Of a stretch of DNA of 64,000 nucleotides, positions 10,551-20,722 are shown piece by piece (position 1 is the first letter of the stretch; each line of letters opens with the position of its first letter). The notes below the pieces were generated by a model. It ran no database searches, was not told the origin of the DNA, and saw only the letters and a list, made by a program, of their open reading frames with translations. The stretch is taken from positions 384,001 through 448,000 of the forward strand of contig CBDCJV010000002.1 in NCBI GenBank assembly GCA_965217895.1, given 5' to 3'. Source of the stretch: Waterburya sp. GTDB taxonomy: Bacteria > Cyanobacteriota > Cyanobacteriia > Cyanobacteriales > Xenococcaceae. Position numbers and translations under genes: made by a program.

Positions 10551-13397
10551 TTATAAAAACTGTTCTATAAAAGATTTGATTTGCCTTAATCTAAATCCCT
10601 TTGCTAAATCTCTCAGGGTTTGAGTAAACGGTCTAAACTGGGGGTCTAGCTCTTCGATGCGATCGATTTCTTTAAGCAGATCGTTGATTAAACCTTTTCG
10701 ACTTAGATCATGAAGCATACTAACTTCTTCAGTAGAAGGAGGAATAATTTCTCCTTCTTGAATCGCCAAGACTATATCTTCAGAGACTTTTCCTGGTTCG
10801 GCGATTGATTCTGCCTGTTCATAGATCCACTCTAGATTGAGATGCTTTTGCAACAACTGCAAGAGAACTTCTTGCTGTACTGGTTTAGGTAAAAAATCAT
10901 TAGCACCAGCATCAAGGCTTTTCTGGCGATCGCTTTCAAAAACATTAGCCGAAGAAACAATAACTACTAAATCAGTAGCTACATCAGAAGAGGTGCGTAA
11001 GCGTGCCAGCATTTCGTGTCCATCCATCACGGGCATAGTTAAATCTGTAATAATCACATCTGGCTGCCACTCTATTGCTTTGGCTATACCTTCAGAGCCA
11101 TTTTCTGCTTCCATCGTCTCAAAGCCTATTGGTTCTAGTAAGTTGACCACTACTGAAGTGTTTTCCCAGCGATCGTCTACAACTAATATTTTTCTTCTAG
11201 CACCTTTAAGCGAGACTTGCCCTTGCGCCTGAAGGCGACGCGGGCTTCCTCGCTCAAAACCAATAATTTTTCCTTGGACAGCAGCAAGACGATTTGTTTC
11301 TTGCCAACTAGCTGTTTCTTTTAATTCAATCTCAAACCAAAAAGTAGATCCTTTATTTAGCTCACTTTCTACCTGTAGTTTTCCTCCCATCATCTCGACC
11401 ATTTTCTGGCTAATGGCTAATCCCAAACCTGTGCCTTCCGATTGTTTTTTGACGCTACCTACTTGTTCAAAAGGCATAAAGATTTTATTGGCATCTTCAG
11501 GGTTCATGCCAATACCGCTATCTTCTACCGCGAAACGGATACGATGAAGTCCCCCTAAATCTCCCTGCTGATTTTCGACCATCAGCCTAACGCTACCCGT
11601 CTCGGTAAACTTGACTGCATTACTTAATAGGTTTATTAGCACTTGGCGCAATATTTTCTCGTCAGCTTCTATGCCTATGGGTAAATTAGGATCGCTTTGG
11701 TAACTAAAGTTGATTCCTTTTTGTTCAGCTTTGATCTGACAAATTTCTACCACCCCTTGCAAGAAAGAAGGAAAATGAAGCTCAACAGGATGAAGTTCCA
11801 TTTTGCGTGCTTCGATTTTGGCAAGATCTAAGATATCGTTAATTAAGGTCAGTAAATGCGTTCCACATTGATTAATAATATCTACCCCTTTTCGCTCTTT
11901 ATTTTCTAGAGAGCGAGACTGCTGAAGAATCTGAGCGTAACCTAAAATGCCGTTGAGGGGAGTTCTTAATTCATGGCTCATATTAGCTAAAAACTCGCTT
12001 TTGGCTTGGTTGGCAGAGTCAGCAACTTCCTTAGCTTCTTTTAACTCTGTCGTTCTTTCTTCCACTCGCTTTTCTAGTTCGATATTGGTTTCGGCTAAAG
12101 CATTAAAAGAAGAGCGTAGCTGATCTGCCATGCGGTTAAATGAACTACCTAAAACACTAAGTTCGTTAACTTTAATTTTTTCATCTACTTTTTGATCTAA
12201 CTTACCACTGGCGATCGCTTCGCTTGCCCTATTTAACTGTAAAATTGGTTTGGTGATCCAGCGAGAAGTATAAAAACCAGAAGCGATCGCAATTCCTAAT
12301 GCCAATAAACACAGCATAATCGTCGAGCGAGTATTAGCGTTAATCTGCGCCATAAAGTCAGATTCAGGTACCGCTATAACCACTACCCAATCCAGTCCTA
12401 GTTCATCTTGCCAAGGTGCAACTTGAACAAACTGACGCTCGCCATTTAATTCAAAATCGAGCTGTTGGGAGGTTTTAATTTGATTTAGATTGCCAAACTT
12501 TTGCTCTAGATACTGAGCAGTATTTTTAATTAGGGGATCTTCACTCTCAATCGCTTTTAAACGTTTTGGTTTACCTGCGACTATTTGAAATGGTTTTTCA
12601 TCGGCAGAATCTCCAATCAATAAACCATCTCGTTCCATAATAAAAGTCCTACCTTTAGGACTCACCTGGAGATTACGCAAAAAATCGCTAATTTGCGAAA
12701 GCTGCTGTTCGATTGCTACTACTCCCACAAGCTTTTTATTCTCATCGTAAATAGGGCGACTAGCAGCTACAGCTAAGGTATAAGGTTCTACTTCCCAGTT
12801 GTAAACGGGACTCCAAGTAGGCTTACCCTTTTTAACCGCAGCTTGATACCAACCCTCTTCCTCAAAAGGATAGCTGCCAATATCTTCTAGTACCTTAGTC
12901 CGATTTCCTTGGTCGTCTGTTTCCCAGATATATACATGATCGTTCTTATTCTTTTGCTGATTAATGACTCCAATTATGGGAGGTTTATCATCATAGTAAT
13001 AACCAGATGAAACTAAGTCTCCTGATTCAAAGCCATAAAGCACGTAACCAATATCAAATAACTGCATCTGCTTCCAAAAAAGCTGTCCTAGCTTTTGGAA
13101 ATCTTTAGCACCCAAAATTTTCATATCAATTAAATCTGATTCGATCTGCACTACTTTGGGAGGGCTAACCAAGTAGCTATCTAAGTGCTGATCGATACGA
13201 CCACTAAACTCATTACGTAATCGGTTAGCCATTTCATTCACTGCCTTTTGTCCATTACGTAAAGAAAAATATCCAGTCAATCCCACCGCCATAAATATCT
13301 GCAATACAAAAGGAATAATCAAAACGCTGCGTAATTTGACCTTTCTTCTTACAGCTAGGCTTTCTTCAGATTGGATATTTTGTAGTTTAGAAGTCAT
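10551..13397 (-). CDS. Membrane hybrid histidine kinase (Cache-like sensor, HAMP, HisKA, HATPase, REC)
   Basis: Two TMs flank a periplasmic domain with [31 protein letters not shown]-terminal REC. Confidence 0.92.
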   Translation of the reverse strand: MTSKLQNIQSEESLAVRRKVKLRSVLIIPFVLQIFMAVGLTGYFSLRNGQKAVNEMANRLRNEFSGRIDQHLDSYLVSPPKVVQIESDLIDMKILGAKDFQKLGQLFWKQMQLFDIGYVLYGFESGDLVSSGYYYDDKPPIIGVINQQKNKNDHVYIWETDDQGNRTKVLEDIGSYPFEEEGWYQAAVKKGKPTWSPVYNWEVEPYTLAVAASRPIYDENKKLVGVVAIEQQLSQISDFLRNLQVSPKGRTFIMERDGLLIGDSADEKPFQIVAGKPKRLKAIESEDPLIKNTAQYLEQKFGNLNQIKTSQQLDFELNGERQFVQVAPWQDELGLDWVVVIAVPESDFMAQINANTRSTIMLCLLALGIAIASGFYTSRWITKPILQLNRASEAIASGKLDQKVDEKIKVNELSVLGSSFNRMADQLRSSFNALAETNIELEKRVEERTTELKEAKEVADSANQAKSEFLANMSHELRTPLNGILGYAQILQQSRSLENKERKGVDIINQCGTHLLTLINDILDLAKIEARKMELHPVELHFPSFLQGVVEICQIKAEQKGINFSYQSDPNLPIGIEADEKILRQVLINLLSNAVKFTETGSVRLMVENQQGDLGGLHRIRFAVEDSGIGMNPEDANKIFMPFEQVGSVKKQSEGTGLGLAISQKMVEMMGGKLQVESELNKGSTFWFEIELKETASWQETNRLAAVQGKIIGFERGSPRRLQAQGQVSLKGARRKILVVDDRWENTSVVVNLLEPIGFETMEAENGSEGIAKAIEWQPDVIITDLTMPVMDGHEMLARLRTSSDVATDLVVIVSSANVFESDRQKSLDAGANDFLPKPVQQEVLLQLLQKHLNLEWIYEQAESIAEPGKVSEDIVLAIQEGEIIPPSTEEVSMLHDLSRKGLINDLLKEIDRIEELDPQFRPFTQTLRDLAKGFRLRQIKSFIEQFL
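11208..11255. repeat. 48-nt in-frame nested palindromic insertion within the kinase gene
   Basis: AGCGAG...CTCGCT arms enclose CCCTTGCGCCTGAAGGCGACGCGGG; encodes [16 protein letters not shown]. Confidence 0.7.
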
Positions 13398-13527
13398 TAA
13401 TATTAGGTCAATAAAATTTCATATATTCACTTGTCAATATGATGCCCAAATCAAACTAAAAAACTCACAAAGAAAGAGCCTATGTAGATTGGCTCAATAG
13501 AAATACTAAAAATATTAGGTTGAGGAG

Positions 13528-13560
13528 TCCTTCATCCTTATCCCTTATCCCTCATCCCTT
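13528..13560. repeat. Short heptamer tandem repeat (TYATCCY), STRR-like
   Basis: tccttcatccttatcccttatccctcatccctt; a similar run occurs at 30874-30896. Confidence 0.6.
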
Positions 13561-14150
13561 ATTTGATTCTTACTTCTTTTCTGTAGTTTGGGCAACCAAA
13601 GCAGAATTACGACTATAGAATTAAAGGTAAATAAATATACTGGCTGTGCTGCCAACTCAACAGACCATTGTGTTAAAGCTAAAATATTAAATGTTCCCGC
13701 AGTCCAAAACATCATCCAAGAAAATAGATCTTCTGAATCTGGCTCTAAATAAGACTTTTTAATTGTGGGTAATGCCCCAAGAGAATCGATCGCAATACTA
13801 ATAGTAATAGCAATTAAAGGAGAGTCGTATATTTGCCAGAGAACAATACTAATTAATGCACCCAAGAGGCAGGTTCGATCGAATGTATTCCAACCACCTT
13901 CACCATACTTAAGGGATAGAACTGCAATAGTTATTTGACAAACTGCATAGGCACTCAAAAGCCACATAGTTTCTCTCGCACCAGCGTCATAGTTGCTGAT
14001 CGCCAGAACTATGCCTAATGATGCCCAGATTGACCAGCTTGCACGATTAGGACTGGTTTTCCCGTGAAAAATAGTAATTATGTAAGGAATAAACCCCAAT
14101 AAAGAGAATATGCCCGCACATAATCCCGCAATATTTCTTAAGTCAGACAT
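13545..14150 (-). CDS. Multi-TM membrane protein, PQ-loop/SemiSWEET-like (putative transporter)
   Basis: About 7 hydrophobic segments; internal repeat IPYIITIFHGKT / LPTIKKSYLEP; ATG at 14150 with GGAG RBS (ORF track starts at 14168). Confidence 0.55.
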   Translation of the reverse strand: MSDLRNIAGLCAGIFSLLGFIPYIITIFHGKTSPNRASWSIWASLGIVLAISNYDAGARETMWLLSAYAVCQITIAVLSLKYGEGGWNTFDRTCLLGALISIVLWQIYDSPLIAITISIAIDSLGALPTIKKSYLEPDSEDLFSWMMFWTAGTFNILALTQWSVELAAQPVYLFTFNSIVVILLWLPKLQKRSKNQIRDEG

Positions 14151-14185
14151 AATAAACTCCATTAGCAACTTTTAAAAATAAGCAA

Positions 14186-14211
14186 TGCTTGGTAATTAAA
14201 GCTACCAAGCA
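14186..14211 (-). terminator. Hairpin between desaturase and membrane-protein genes (terminator or mRNA stabiliser)
   Basis: TGCTTGGTA-N8-TACCAAGCA. Confidence 0.45.
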
Positions 14212-14246
14212 AATTTAAAAAATATATTTATATTTAGTTAATAGCC

Positions 14247-15260
14247 CTAGTAAAGGGTGATAAAAGAAACATCAACTGCACCGTAGAATTGCTCATAATT
14301 GCGATCGCCCATTTCACCAGAGGCATCACCTTGACCTGTAGCCAATCGAGCTAAACGATGGCGGTGATAGCTAGTTAGCTGTTGAGACAAAGACATATAG
14401 TTGACGGTTTGATTTTGAGCTAGTTCTCGATCTAGTTCGGCGATACTATGCCAGGGACACTTCATTACTGCATGATGGGCATTGTGATAGCCAAAATTCA
14501 AGGTAAGTAAATTGAGCCAAGGATAGCGACGGGATACTAAGTTTGAATAAGTGTGCAGTTGTTCATGATCGCGATCGCGCTTGGGTAGCTTTGTCCCCGC
14601 GGGGAAAGCTTCATAAGTATGCTGAAAAGCATCTAAGAAGCGCAATACTGTAATCATTCCCAGATAAGAGAGAAAATATAACAGTAGTGCCTTAACAGAG
14701 AAAATTCCTAATAAAATAAAAGCAGTTAATCTAATCGCAAAAATAAAGCTAATACGTTTGACCTGTTCGGGTTTGCGCCAATCTTTGATAATTCTTTGCC
14801 AGCGCGCCCAAAAAGCAACTACGGGAAAATAACACCACTCCAAGATAAAGATGACTTGGCGAATTAAAGGTGGTAATTTTTGTATGGCATCAGCAATATC
14901 AAAACTAAATACATCAACTCTATCGACGTGATGAGCTATATGTTGGAGGGTTAAAGCCTGTAAACCATAGTAACAGCCTCCATTCATCCAAACCATTAGC
15001 TGACCAAAGATAACGTTGCGATGACGAGCTTTAAAAATCGTACCGTGCATAAATTCATGAGCGAGGTACGCTGAATAAATTAGACTGTGGGTAAGAAACA
15101 CTACGCCCAAAATATTCAGCCAACCGTTAGCCACCATGAGTAGAGCTATCCCACCTATATATCCCAACAAGCTATAGGCAATGGCAACTTCATTCCAAAA
15201 CGCCTTTTGCTTGCTTACGTAGGAGCGATAATTAAAAGAGACAGGAGTAGCAATAGTCAT
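14247..15260 (-). CDS. Membrane fatty-acid-desaturase-superfamily diiron enzyme
   Basis: His boxes HEFMH, HIAHH, HNAHH plus FQH; TM helices; ATG at 15260 with AAGGA RBS (ORF track starts at 15287). Confidence 0.85.
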   Translation of the reverse strand: MTIATPVSFNYRSYVSKQKAFWNEVAIAYSLLGYIGGIALLMVANGWLNILGVVFLTHSLIYSAYLAHEFMHGTIFKARHRNVIFGQLMVWMNGGCYYGLQALTLQHIAHHVDRVDVFSFDIADAIQKLPPLIRQVIFILEWCYFPVVAFWARWQRIIKDWRKPEQVKRISFIFAIRLTAFILLGIFSVKALLLYFLSYLGMITVLRFLDAFQHTYEAFPAGTKLPKRDRDHEQLHTYSNLVSRRYPWLNLLTLNFGYHNAHHAVMKCPWHSIAELDRELAQNQTVNYMSLSQQLTSYHRHRLARLATGQGDASGEMGDRNYEQFYGAVDVSFITLY

Positions 15261-15303
15261 GGTGAAATTATCCTTAGTTGCAATCAATAAAATGTGCCAA
15301 ATC

Positions 15304-16239
15304 TCAGTAAGATAAGCTGTTGATCGTGTTGTTTACACTTTTTGCTTTAGCCTCTAAAGACTCAGGCATAGTTTGAGATATGGCTTTTTCTTGAGCCAGT
15401 TCTAAACACTCAAGACGAATTTCTCTAAATAGACGTTGCTGTAATTCTACAAAAGAGCGGAATCCTTCTTCTGCCCAAACTTTCATCTGTTTTTCCGAAG
15501 CCGAACCATATCTTACCGCCATGTTCAAGGCATTCAAGGCAAATTCGCTATGCTCTACTTCAACTCCAGTACCATTATGCTTACTGTGAATTAAAATCCA
15601 AGACCAAGGTAGATAACGATGATCGTTAATTAATACAGGTTTTGCTTCCTGTCTAAGGTAGCGGTCGAAACCAATCCCTTCATTTTCGTAACGCACTACC
15701 ATGTCCAGTAAAGCATATTCGCGATCGCCCAATACTTCTGAAGCTACGTGAAATCCCATCGCTCTAACTAGAGAAGCCTCATCATCTATTTTTCCTTCAT
15801 AGGTTGAGATGACATCACGAATAACTTCTTGCAACCAACTAGGAATTTGAGCGAACTGATTACGTTCTTGAGGATCTAACTCAGCATAATCACCTACGGT
15901 TTTGACAGCAAACTGCGCCAAGGCTCGATGCACTGGTGTATTGTTTGCTCCCTCATCGGCTGCTGCGGACATTACTTGAGCCGCAATATCCATGCCTCGA
16001 TCTGCTTCTTCTTTGACTATTAGTTCAGGATTATTAAAAGTATATCTAGATAGACCGATAGTACTAGCTAATCTAGCAATCATCGCCGAGGCATAACCAT
16101 TAAAATGGCTGTATCTCTGGAAAAAAAGATAAAGAGCAACAGGATCTTTTACAACTAAACGCAGAGTAGAGGTAATAGTACCTTCAATTTGCTCAAAATC
16201 AAATAGATCGTGAAAAAAATCTTCAGAAAAAGTAGCCAT
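15304..16239 (-). CDS. Heme-oxygenase-like diiron oxidase (HDO) family protein
   Basis: Apparently helical 311 aa protein with ligand pattern DE-x7-H (ADEGANNTPVH), E (HVASE), H-x8-E-x2-H (IHSKHNGTGVEVEH). Confidence 0.65.
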   Translation of the reverse strand: MATFSEDFFHDLFDFEQIEGTITSTLRLVVKDPVALYLFFQRYSHFNGYASAMIARLASTIGLSRYTFNNPELIVKEEADRGMDIAAQVMSAAADEGANNTPVHRALAQFAVKTVGDYAELDPQERNQFAQIPSWLQEVIRDVISTYEGKIDDEASLVRAMGFHVASEVLGDREYALLDMVVRYENEGIGFDRYLRQEAKPVLINDHRYLPWSWILIHSKHNGTGVEVEHSEFALNALNMAVRYGSASEKQMKVWAEEGFRSFVELQQRLFREIRLECLELAQEKAISQTMPESLEAKAKSVNNTINSLSY

Positions 16240-16606
16240 CTTCTATATATATTTATTTATGTTATTGGTAATATGAGAGTTGTTTTTTTTCTTCTCTATG
16301 GCGATTGTCTACGCTTGGGAATAAAAAAACTGTGATCTCAATAGAGAAAAACTGATTTTAAGATCATTGACAAAGACTAGAAAATTAGATAAGAAATGAT
16401 GATTACACTAAGAATAAATGTTTTTACTGAGCAACAGAAATAGTTTTTTAAACTTAAGATAAATTATCAAGCAATAAATATATTATTTTTAATAAACAAA
16501 ACAACTGGTGCGATCGCAATCACAAAATAGAATTAATTTAGCTATCAAACTGTCAGGCGTTTGATTTAATTAGCTTATTAATCCTCTAGAAGTAACGCTC
16601 GAGAAT

Positions 16607-17179
16607 TTAAACAAAAAAGCTGTCTTGCATCATTGCCTGCTTGAGCAATTTTTGATATTTTGCTCCACTAATTACCTGAGAGCCAAAACGCTCTAAATGA
16701 GGATTTTGCATTTGAGCATCAAAGACAATATATTTTCGCTGACGCAGATGCTCGACTAGTTTAACCATTGCCACTTTTGAACCTTCGCTAAGGCGATAAA
16801 ACATCGATTCACCGATAAATGCTCCTTTGATCGCAATACCTAATATTCCTCCTGCAAGGCGATCTCCCTGCCAAGTTTCAAAACTATGCGCCCAGCCTGC
16901 CTGATGTAAAGCAAGGTAAATTTGGATTAAATCTTCAGAAATCCAGGTTGTGTCGCGATCGGCACAGCCTTCGCAAACTGATTTAAAATCGCGATTGATG
17001 GCTACGGAAAACCGTTCTTGGTTCAATACCCGTTGTAAAGATTTAGGGTAACGAAAGCGATCGTCTAAAGGTATTAAGGTACGCTGGCGACTAGAATACC
17101 AGTCCAATCCATCATCATCAGACATTAAAAAGTAACCCTGACTATACCCTTCAACAATTGAAGAAACATCAATTTTCAT
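16607..17179 (-). CDS. aat: Leucyl/phenylalanyl-tRNA--protein transferase
   Basis: GWAHSFETW, FIGESMFY, SKVAMVKL, DAQMQNPHLERFG. Confidence 0.93.
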   Translation of the reverse strand: MKIDVSSIVEGYSQGYFLMSDDDGLDWYSSRQRTLIPLDDRFRYPKSLQRVLNQERFSVAINRDFKSVCEGCADRDTTWISEDLIQIYLALHQAGWAHSFETWQGDRLAGGILGIAIKGAFIGESMFYRLSEGSKVAMVKLVEHLRQRKYIVFDAQMQNPHLERFGSQVISGAKYQKLLKQAMMQDSFFV

Positions 17180-17309
17180 CTTTACTATTATTATCTATTT
17201 CCTAATGGAGATGTTTCAATTTAAAAATAACTGTATTAAATTATTAGTTACTCATAATATTAAGTAATTAATAACTTCTATAAATTCAACATAACAGAAC
17301 AAATTAACC

Positions 17310-17648
17310 ATGAAAGACTCTACTCAACCAATTGCTCCCATCACTTTGCCAGATGTAAAGCATCCAGAAAAAGAAGAAGAATGGCTCAAAAACTCTTTAC
17401 ACAAGTGGCTAGATGAGGAATTTTTACCCGAAACGGTTAATGGCAAAATAGCTCAAAGGGCATCAAAGATCTTTGTACGTCAGCGTATGGAGGGAGAAAA
17501 CGACTTGGGTTCATTAGTGATTGCTATCATTGCTGAAATGCGAGCGTTTGATTTTAGTCGCAGTTTTTATAGCGAATTTGCCGTCGCTAATGCCGTAAGT
17601 GATTTAATTTTAGCTAGTCTAGGTATAGATCGCTGTTGTGGTGGATAA
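17310..17648 (+). CDS. Conserved cyanobacterial hypothetical protein
   Basis: WLDEEFLPE...FAVANAVSDL..CCG; plausible start upstream of the GTPase. Confidence 0.6.
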   Translation: MKDSTQPIAPITLPDVKHPEKEEEWLKNSLHKWLDEEFLPETVNGKIAQRASKIFVRQRMEGENDLGSLVIAIIAEMRAFDFSRSFYSEFAVANAVSDLILASLGIDRCCGG

Positions 17649-17667
17649 CTTCAATAATCATTGAGCA

Positions 17668-18930
17668 ATGAGCAAATTTAACTGGACAAATGATTGGAAA
17701 AATCGGGCATCAAAAAATATAGATGATGCTACGCGACATTTAAAAAATTTACTTCCTATTGATCGCGTTGCGGAGAAAGCAATGGATTGGTTTAGCGTTA
17801 GTGATGAAAAAGTAGCAGAAATTCTAACAACCGTTAGAGCCAAACTGCCTACAACAGAAGCATTGTTGATTGGTAAACCTCAAGCTGGTAAAAGCTCAAT
17901 TGTTCGTGGGTTGACGGGAGTATCAGCAGATATTGTCGGGCAAGGATTTCGCCCCCATACTCAAAATACACAAAGGTATGCTTATCCTTCAGAAGATCTA
18001 CCTTTGCTTATCTTTACAGACACTGTGGGATTAGGAGATATCGATCAAAATACCCAAACTATTATTGAAGAACTAGAACAAGAATTAAAACAGGAAAGCC
18101 AGTGTGCCAGAATTCTAATTCTGACGGTTAAAGTGAGTGACTTTGCGATCGATACTCTGCGACAGGTAGCCGAAGAGTTACGCCAAAATTATCCGACTAT
18201 TCCTTGTTTGCTAGTAGTTACTTGTCTGCATGAGGTTTATCCTAGCGATGTGGGAGATCATCCAGAATATCCCCCAGATTATGAAGCTGTTAATCGCGCT
18301 TTTGGGGCAATTAAAAAAGACTTGGGGCAGCTTTGCGATCGCGCTATTTTAATTGACTTCACTTTAGAAGAAGACGAATACAATCCAACTTTCTACGGTT
18401 TAGAAGCGTTAACAGATGCTTTGGCTGAATTACTTCCTGAGGCAGAATCACGAACAATCTATCAGCTACTAGATAATAACGCTGGAGATGAACTAGGCAA
18501 TCTTTATCGAGATACTGCCCGACGTTATTTGGTAGCCTTTTCTACTATTGCTGCAACCTTGGCTGCTGTTCCTCTACCTTTTGCCACCATGCCTGTTTTA
18601 ACTGCATTACAAATATCTTTAGTAGGACTACTAGGCAAACTGTACGGACAGACTCTATCTCCTTCTCAAGCTGGAGGAATTGCTAGTGCGATCGCTGGTG
18701 GCTTTTTTGCCCAGGCTATAGGCAGAGAACTAATTAAATTCATTCCTGGTTTTGGTAGCGTCATCGCCGCATCATGGGCAGCAGCCTACACTTGGTCTTT
18801 AGGAGAGGGTGCTTGTGTATATTTTGGAGATTTGATGGGAGGTAAAAAACCAGACCCTAAAAAAATTCAGTCAGTCATGAAAGAATCTTTTGCCGATGCC
18901 AAAAAGCGATTCAAAAACGTTCAAAAGTAG
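17668..18930 (+). CDS. P-loop GTPase with C-terminal DUF697/YcjF-like region
   Basis: GKPQAGKSS, DTVG, hydrophobic AVPLPFA region. Confidence 0.8.
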   Translation: MSKFNWTNDWKNRASKNIDDATRHLKNLLPIDRVAEKAMDWFSVSDEKVAEILTTVRAKLPTTEALLIGKPQAGKSSIVRGLTGVSADIVGQGFRPHTQNTQRYAYPSEDLPLLIFTDTVGLGDIDQNTQTIIEELEQELKQESQCARILILTVKVSDFAIDTLRQVAEELRQNYPTIPCLLVVTCLHEVYPSDVGDHPEYPPDYEAVNRAFGAIKKDLGQLCDRAILIDFTLEEDEYNPTFYGLEALTDALAELLPEAESRTIYQLLDNNAGDELGNLYRDTARRYLVAFSTIAATLAAVPLPFATMPVLTALQISLVGLLGKLYGQTLSPSQAGGIASAIAGGFFAQAIGRELIKFIPGFGSVIAASWAAAYTWSLGEGACVYFGDLMGGKKPDPKKIQSVMKESFADAKKRFKNVQK

Positions 18931-19308
18931 CAAATATTTTTTAGAGAAATAACAAAAGTTTTGAAACCCTGAAATATTAGTTATAAAAGGCTTTGAGAAA
19001 AATAGCTCGAGAAATATAAACAAAACATTAAATACTATCCTGAAAATTGGCTAATTATATTTATCTGGTCAATAAATTAAGAATAAGTAAAAATAAGTAA
19101 AGAAGTAGAGGTGAGATTTTGTCATATATGAGTCATCAACATAACCCAACCAATAAAAATAGACATAACCGCAAAAGTGGTCTATGTTGTTGGCATTATT
19201 TAGTTATGCGTTGATAATTGTCTAAAAGACAGATATCAAGAATATAAGCTTTGTTTTCTCTTTTGAAGCCTATAAGAGATTTTTATCCTTAATTTACTTA
19301 TTAAAATT

Positions 19309-20022
19309 ATGCATTCTGCTTCTGCTAAAATTTTAGTCGTAGATGACGACCCTGCAATTCGTAATCTAATATATCGCTTTCTTAGTCAAAAAAACTATTT
19401 GCTTGAGTCGGCTGAAGATGGGCAAACTGCGTTAAAAGTTTTTGAACAGTTTAATCCAGATTTAGTAATACTTGATGTTAATCTTCCAGACGCATTAGGG
19501 TACAACCTATGTGAGGAAATGCAGCGTCATACTGACGTGTTTATCTTGATGCTCACCAGCCGTGCTGATGCTGCTGACAAAAAAGAAGGATTTTTGAAGG
19601 GTGCTGATGATTATCTTACTAAGCCTTTTGATCTTCAGGAATTAGAGTATCGAGTAAAAGCTATTTTAAAAAGACAAAGAACAGTTACAACCTCGGAAAA
19701 GCAACCATTAGTATTTAGTAATATGGTTATAGATCCAGTTCGCCGAGAAGTAAAAATAAACGATAAGTTAATTTTACTTACAGCTTTAGAATTTGACTTA
19801 CTCCATTTTCTCGCTACTCGACCTGGACGAGTCTGGCGCAGAGATGAGCTGATTCAAAATATTTGGGATTATGATTATGTTGGCGATCAAAGAGTTGTAG
19901 ATGTTCACATAGGTCAAATTCGTAAGAAAATTGAGGTAGATGCTGCTGAACCTTCTTTTATTCAAACTGTACGTGGTGTTGGCTATAAATTTGAGGTAGA
20001 TGCAACTCCAAGTATCGTTTAA
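19309..20022 (+). CDS. OmpR-family response regulator
   Basis: REC plus wHTH RVVDVHIGQIRKKIE...TVRGVGYKF. Confidence 0.92.
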   Translation: MHSASAKILVVDDDPAIRNLIYRFLSQKNYLLESAEDGQTALKVFEQFNPDLVILDVNLPDALGYNLCEEMQRHTDVFILMLTSRADAADKKEGFLKGADDYLTKPFDLQELEYRVKAILKRQRTVTTSEKQPLVFSNMVIDPVRREVKINDKLILLTALEFDLLHFLATRPGRVWRRDELIQNIWDYDYVGDQRVVDVHIGQIRKKIEVDAAEPSFIQTVRGVGYKFEVDATPSIV

Positions 20023-20037
20023 GGGCGTTGCAGAAAT

Positions 20038-20173
20038 TATAGTTATTTCAATTAATTTTCCAGTATTTAACTGCTGAAAGGTCAGAGGTCAGAGGTCAGA
20101 GGTCAGAGGTCAGAGGTTAGGGCTTTCATCAAAGTCATCTTGTCTAATACGTTTTCTATTTGAAATGACTATA
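20038..20173. mobile_element. MITE-like element enclosing (AGGTCAG)n
   Basis: TATAGTTATTTCAA / TTGAAATGACTATA inverted ends (13/14); 5 perfect plus 1 imperfect heptamers at 20079-20120. Confidence 0.55.
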
Positions 20174-20187
20174 GGTGTTTAAAATCT

Positions 20188-20706
20188 TTAGCTAAAAGTA
20201 TCAGTAATTGCTTTTTTGATTGCTTGTTGTTGCTCATTGTCATAACCCCAGCGTTGTAAAAAGTCCTGATAACCTCCCTGTCCAGCTTCAATTGTCATCT
20301 GTAACTTTTGCAATTCCTTTTCGATGGACTCTGATTTAAGAAGTTGAATTAACTTGCAGGTACGCTCTTGAACTTTTTGCGAACCTTTGGCGTTTTCTAA
20401 ATCATGCTGACGCTCATGAGCAACAACCATCGCTAAAGACATAGCTAGATTTTTAACTAATAGTTCGTTTGCTGTTTCTGGAGAAGATTTTAAAGCATTG
20501 ATAACTCCTGGAGAAGGATTATCTGCTAGATTAAGCTCACTGGTTAAGTAAGCCACAAAAAATCCCCTTCCTCCGTTTTTAGTCTCGATAATAGATGTTA
20601 CTTCTTGTTCAATTTCAGCTTCATTTAATTGAGAAGCATTCATGTTATTCATAAGGGCTTGAGTGGTAGCGATCGCTTGAGGAAATGATAATGTTTGATT
20701 TGTCAT
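20188..20706 (-). CDS. Conserved cyanobacterial hypothetical protein
   Basis: NGGRGFFVAYLT, LVKNLAMS, FLQRWGYD. Confidence 0.6.
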   Translation of the reverse strand: MTNQTLSFPQAIATTQALMNNMNASQLNEAEIEQEVTSIIETKNGGRGFFVAYLTSELNLADNPSPGVINALKSSPETANELLVKNLAMSLAMVVAHERQHDLENAKGSQKVQERTCKLIQLLKSESIEKELQKLQMTIEAGQGGYQDFLQRWGYDNEQQQAIKKAITDTFS

Positions 20707-20722
20707 ATACTTTAGATGGAAA

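Noticed and set aside
14247..16239. Guanitoxin-like or other known toxin cluster
   Set aside because: No PLP enzymes, kinase, methyltransferases or NRPS/PKS next to the pair
20079..20120. Tandem repeats as a possible CRISPR array
   Set aside because: 7-nt units with no spacers and no cas genes in the window
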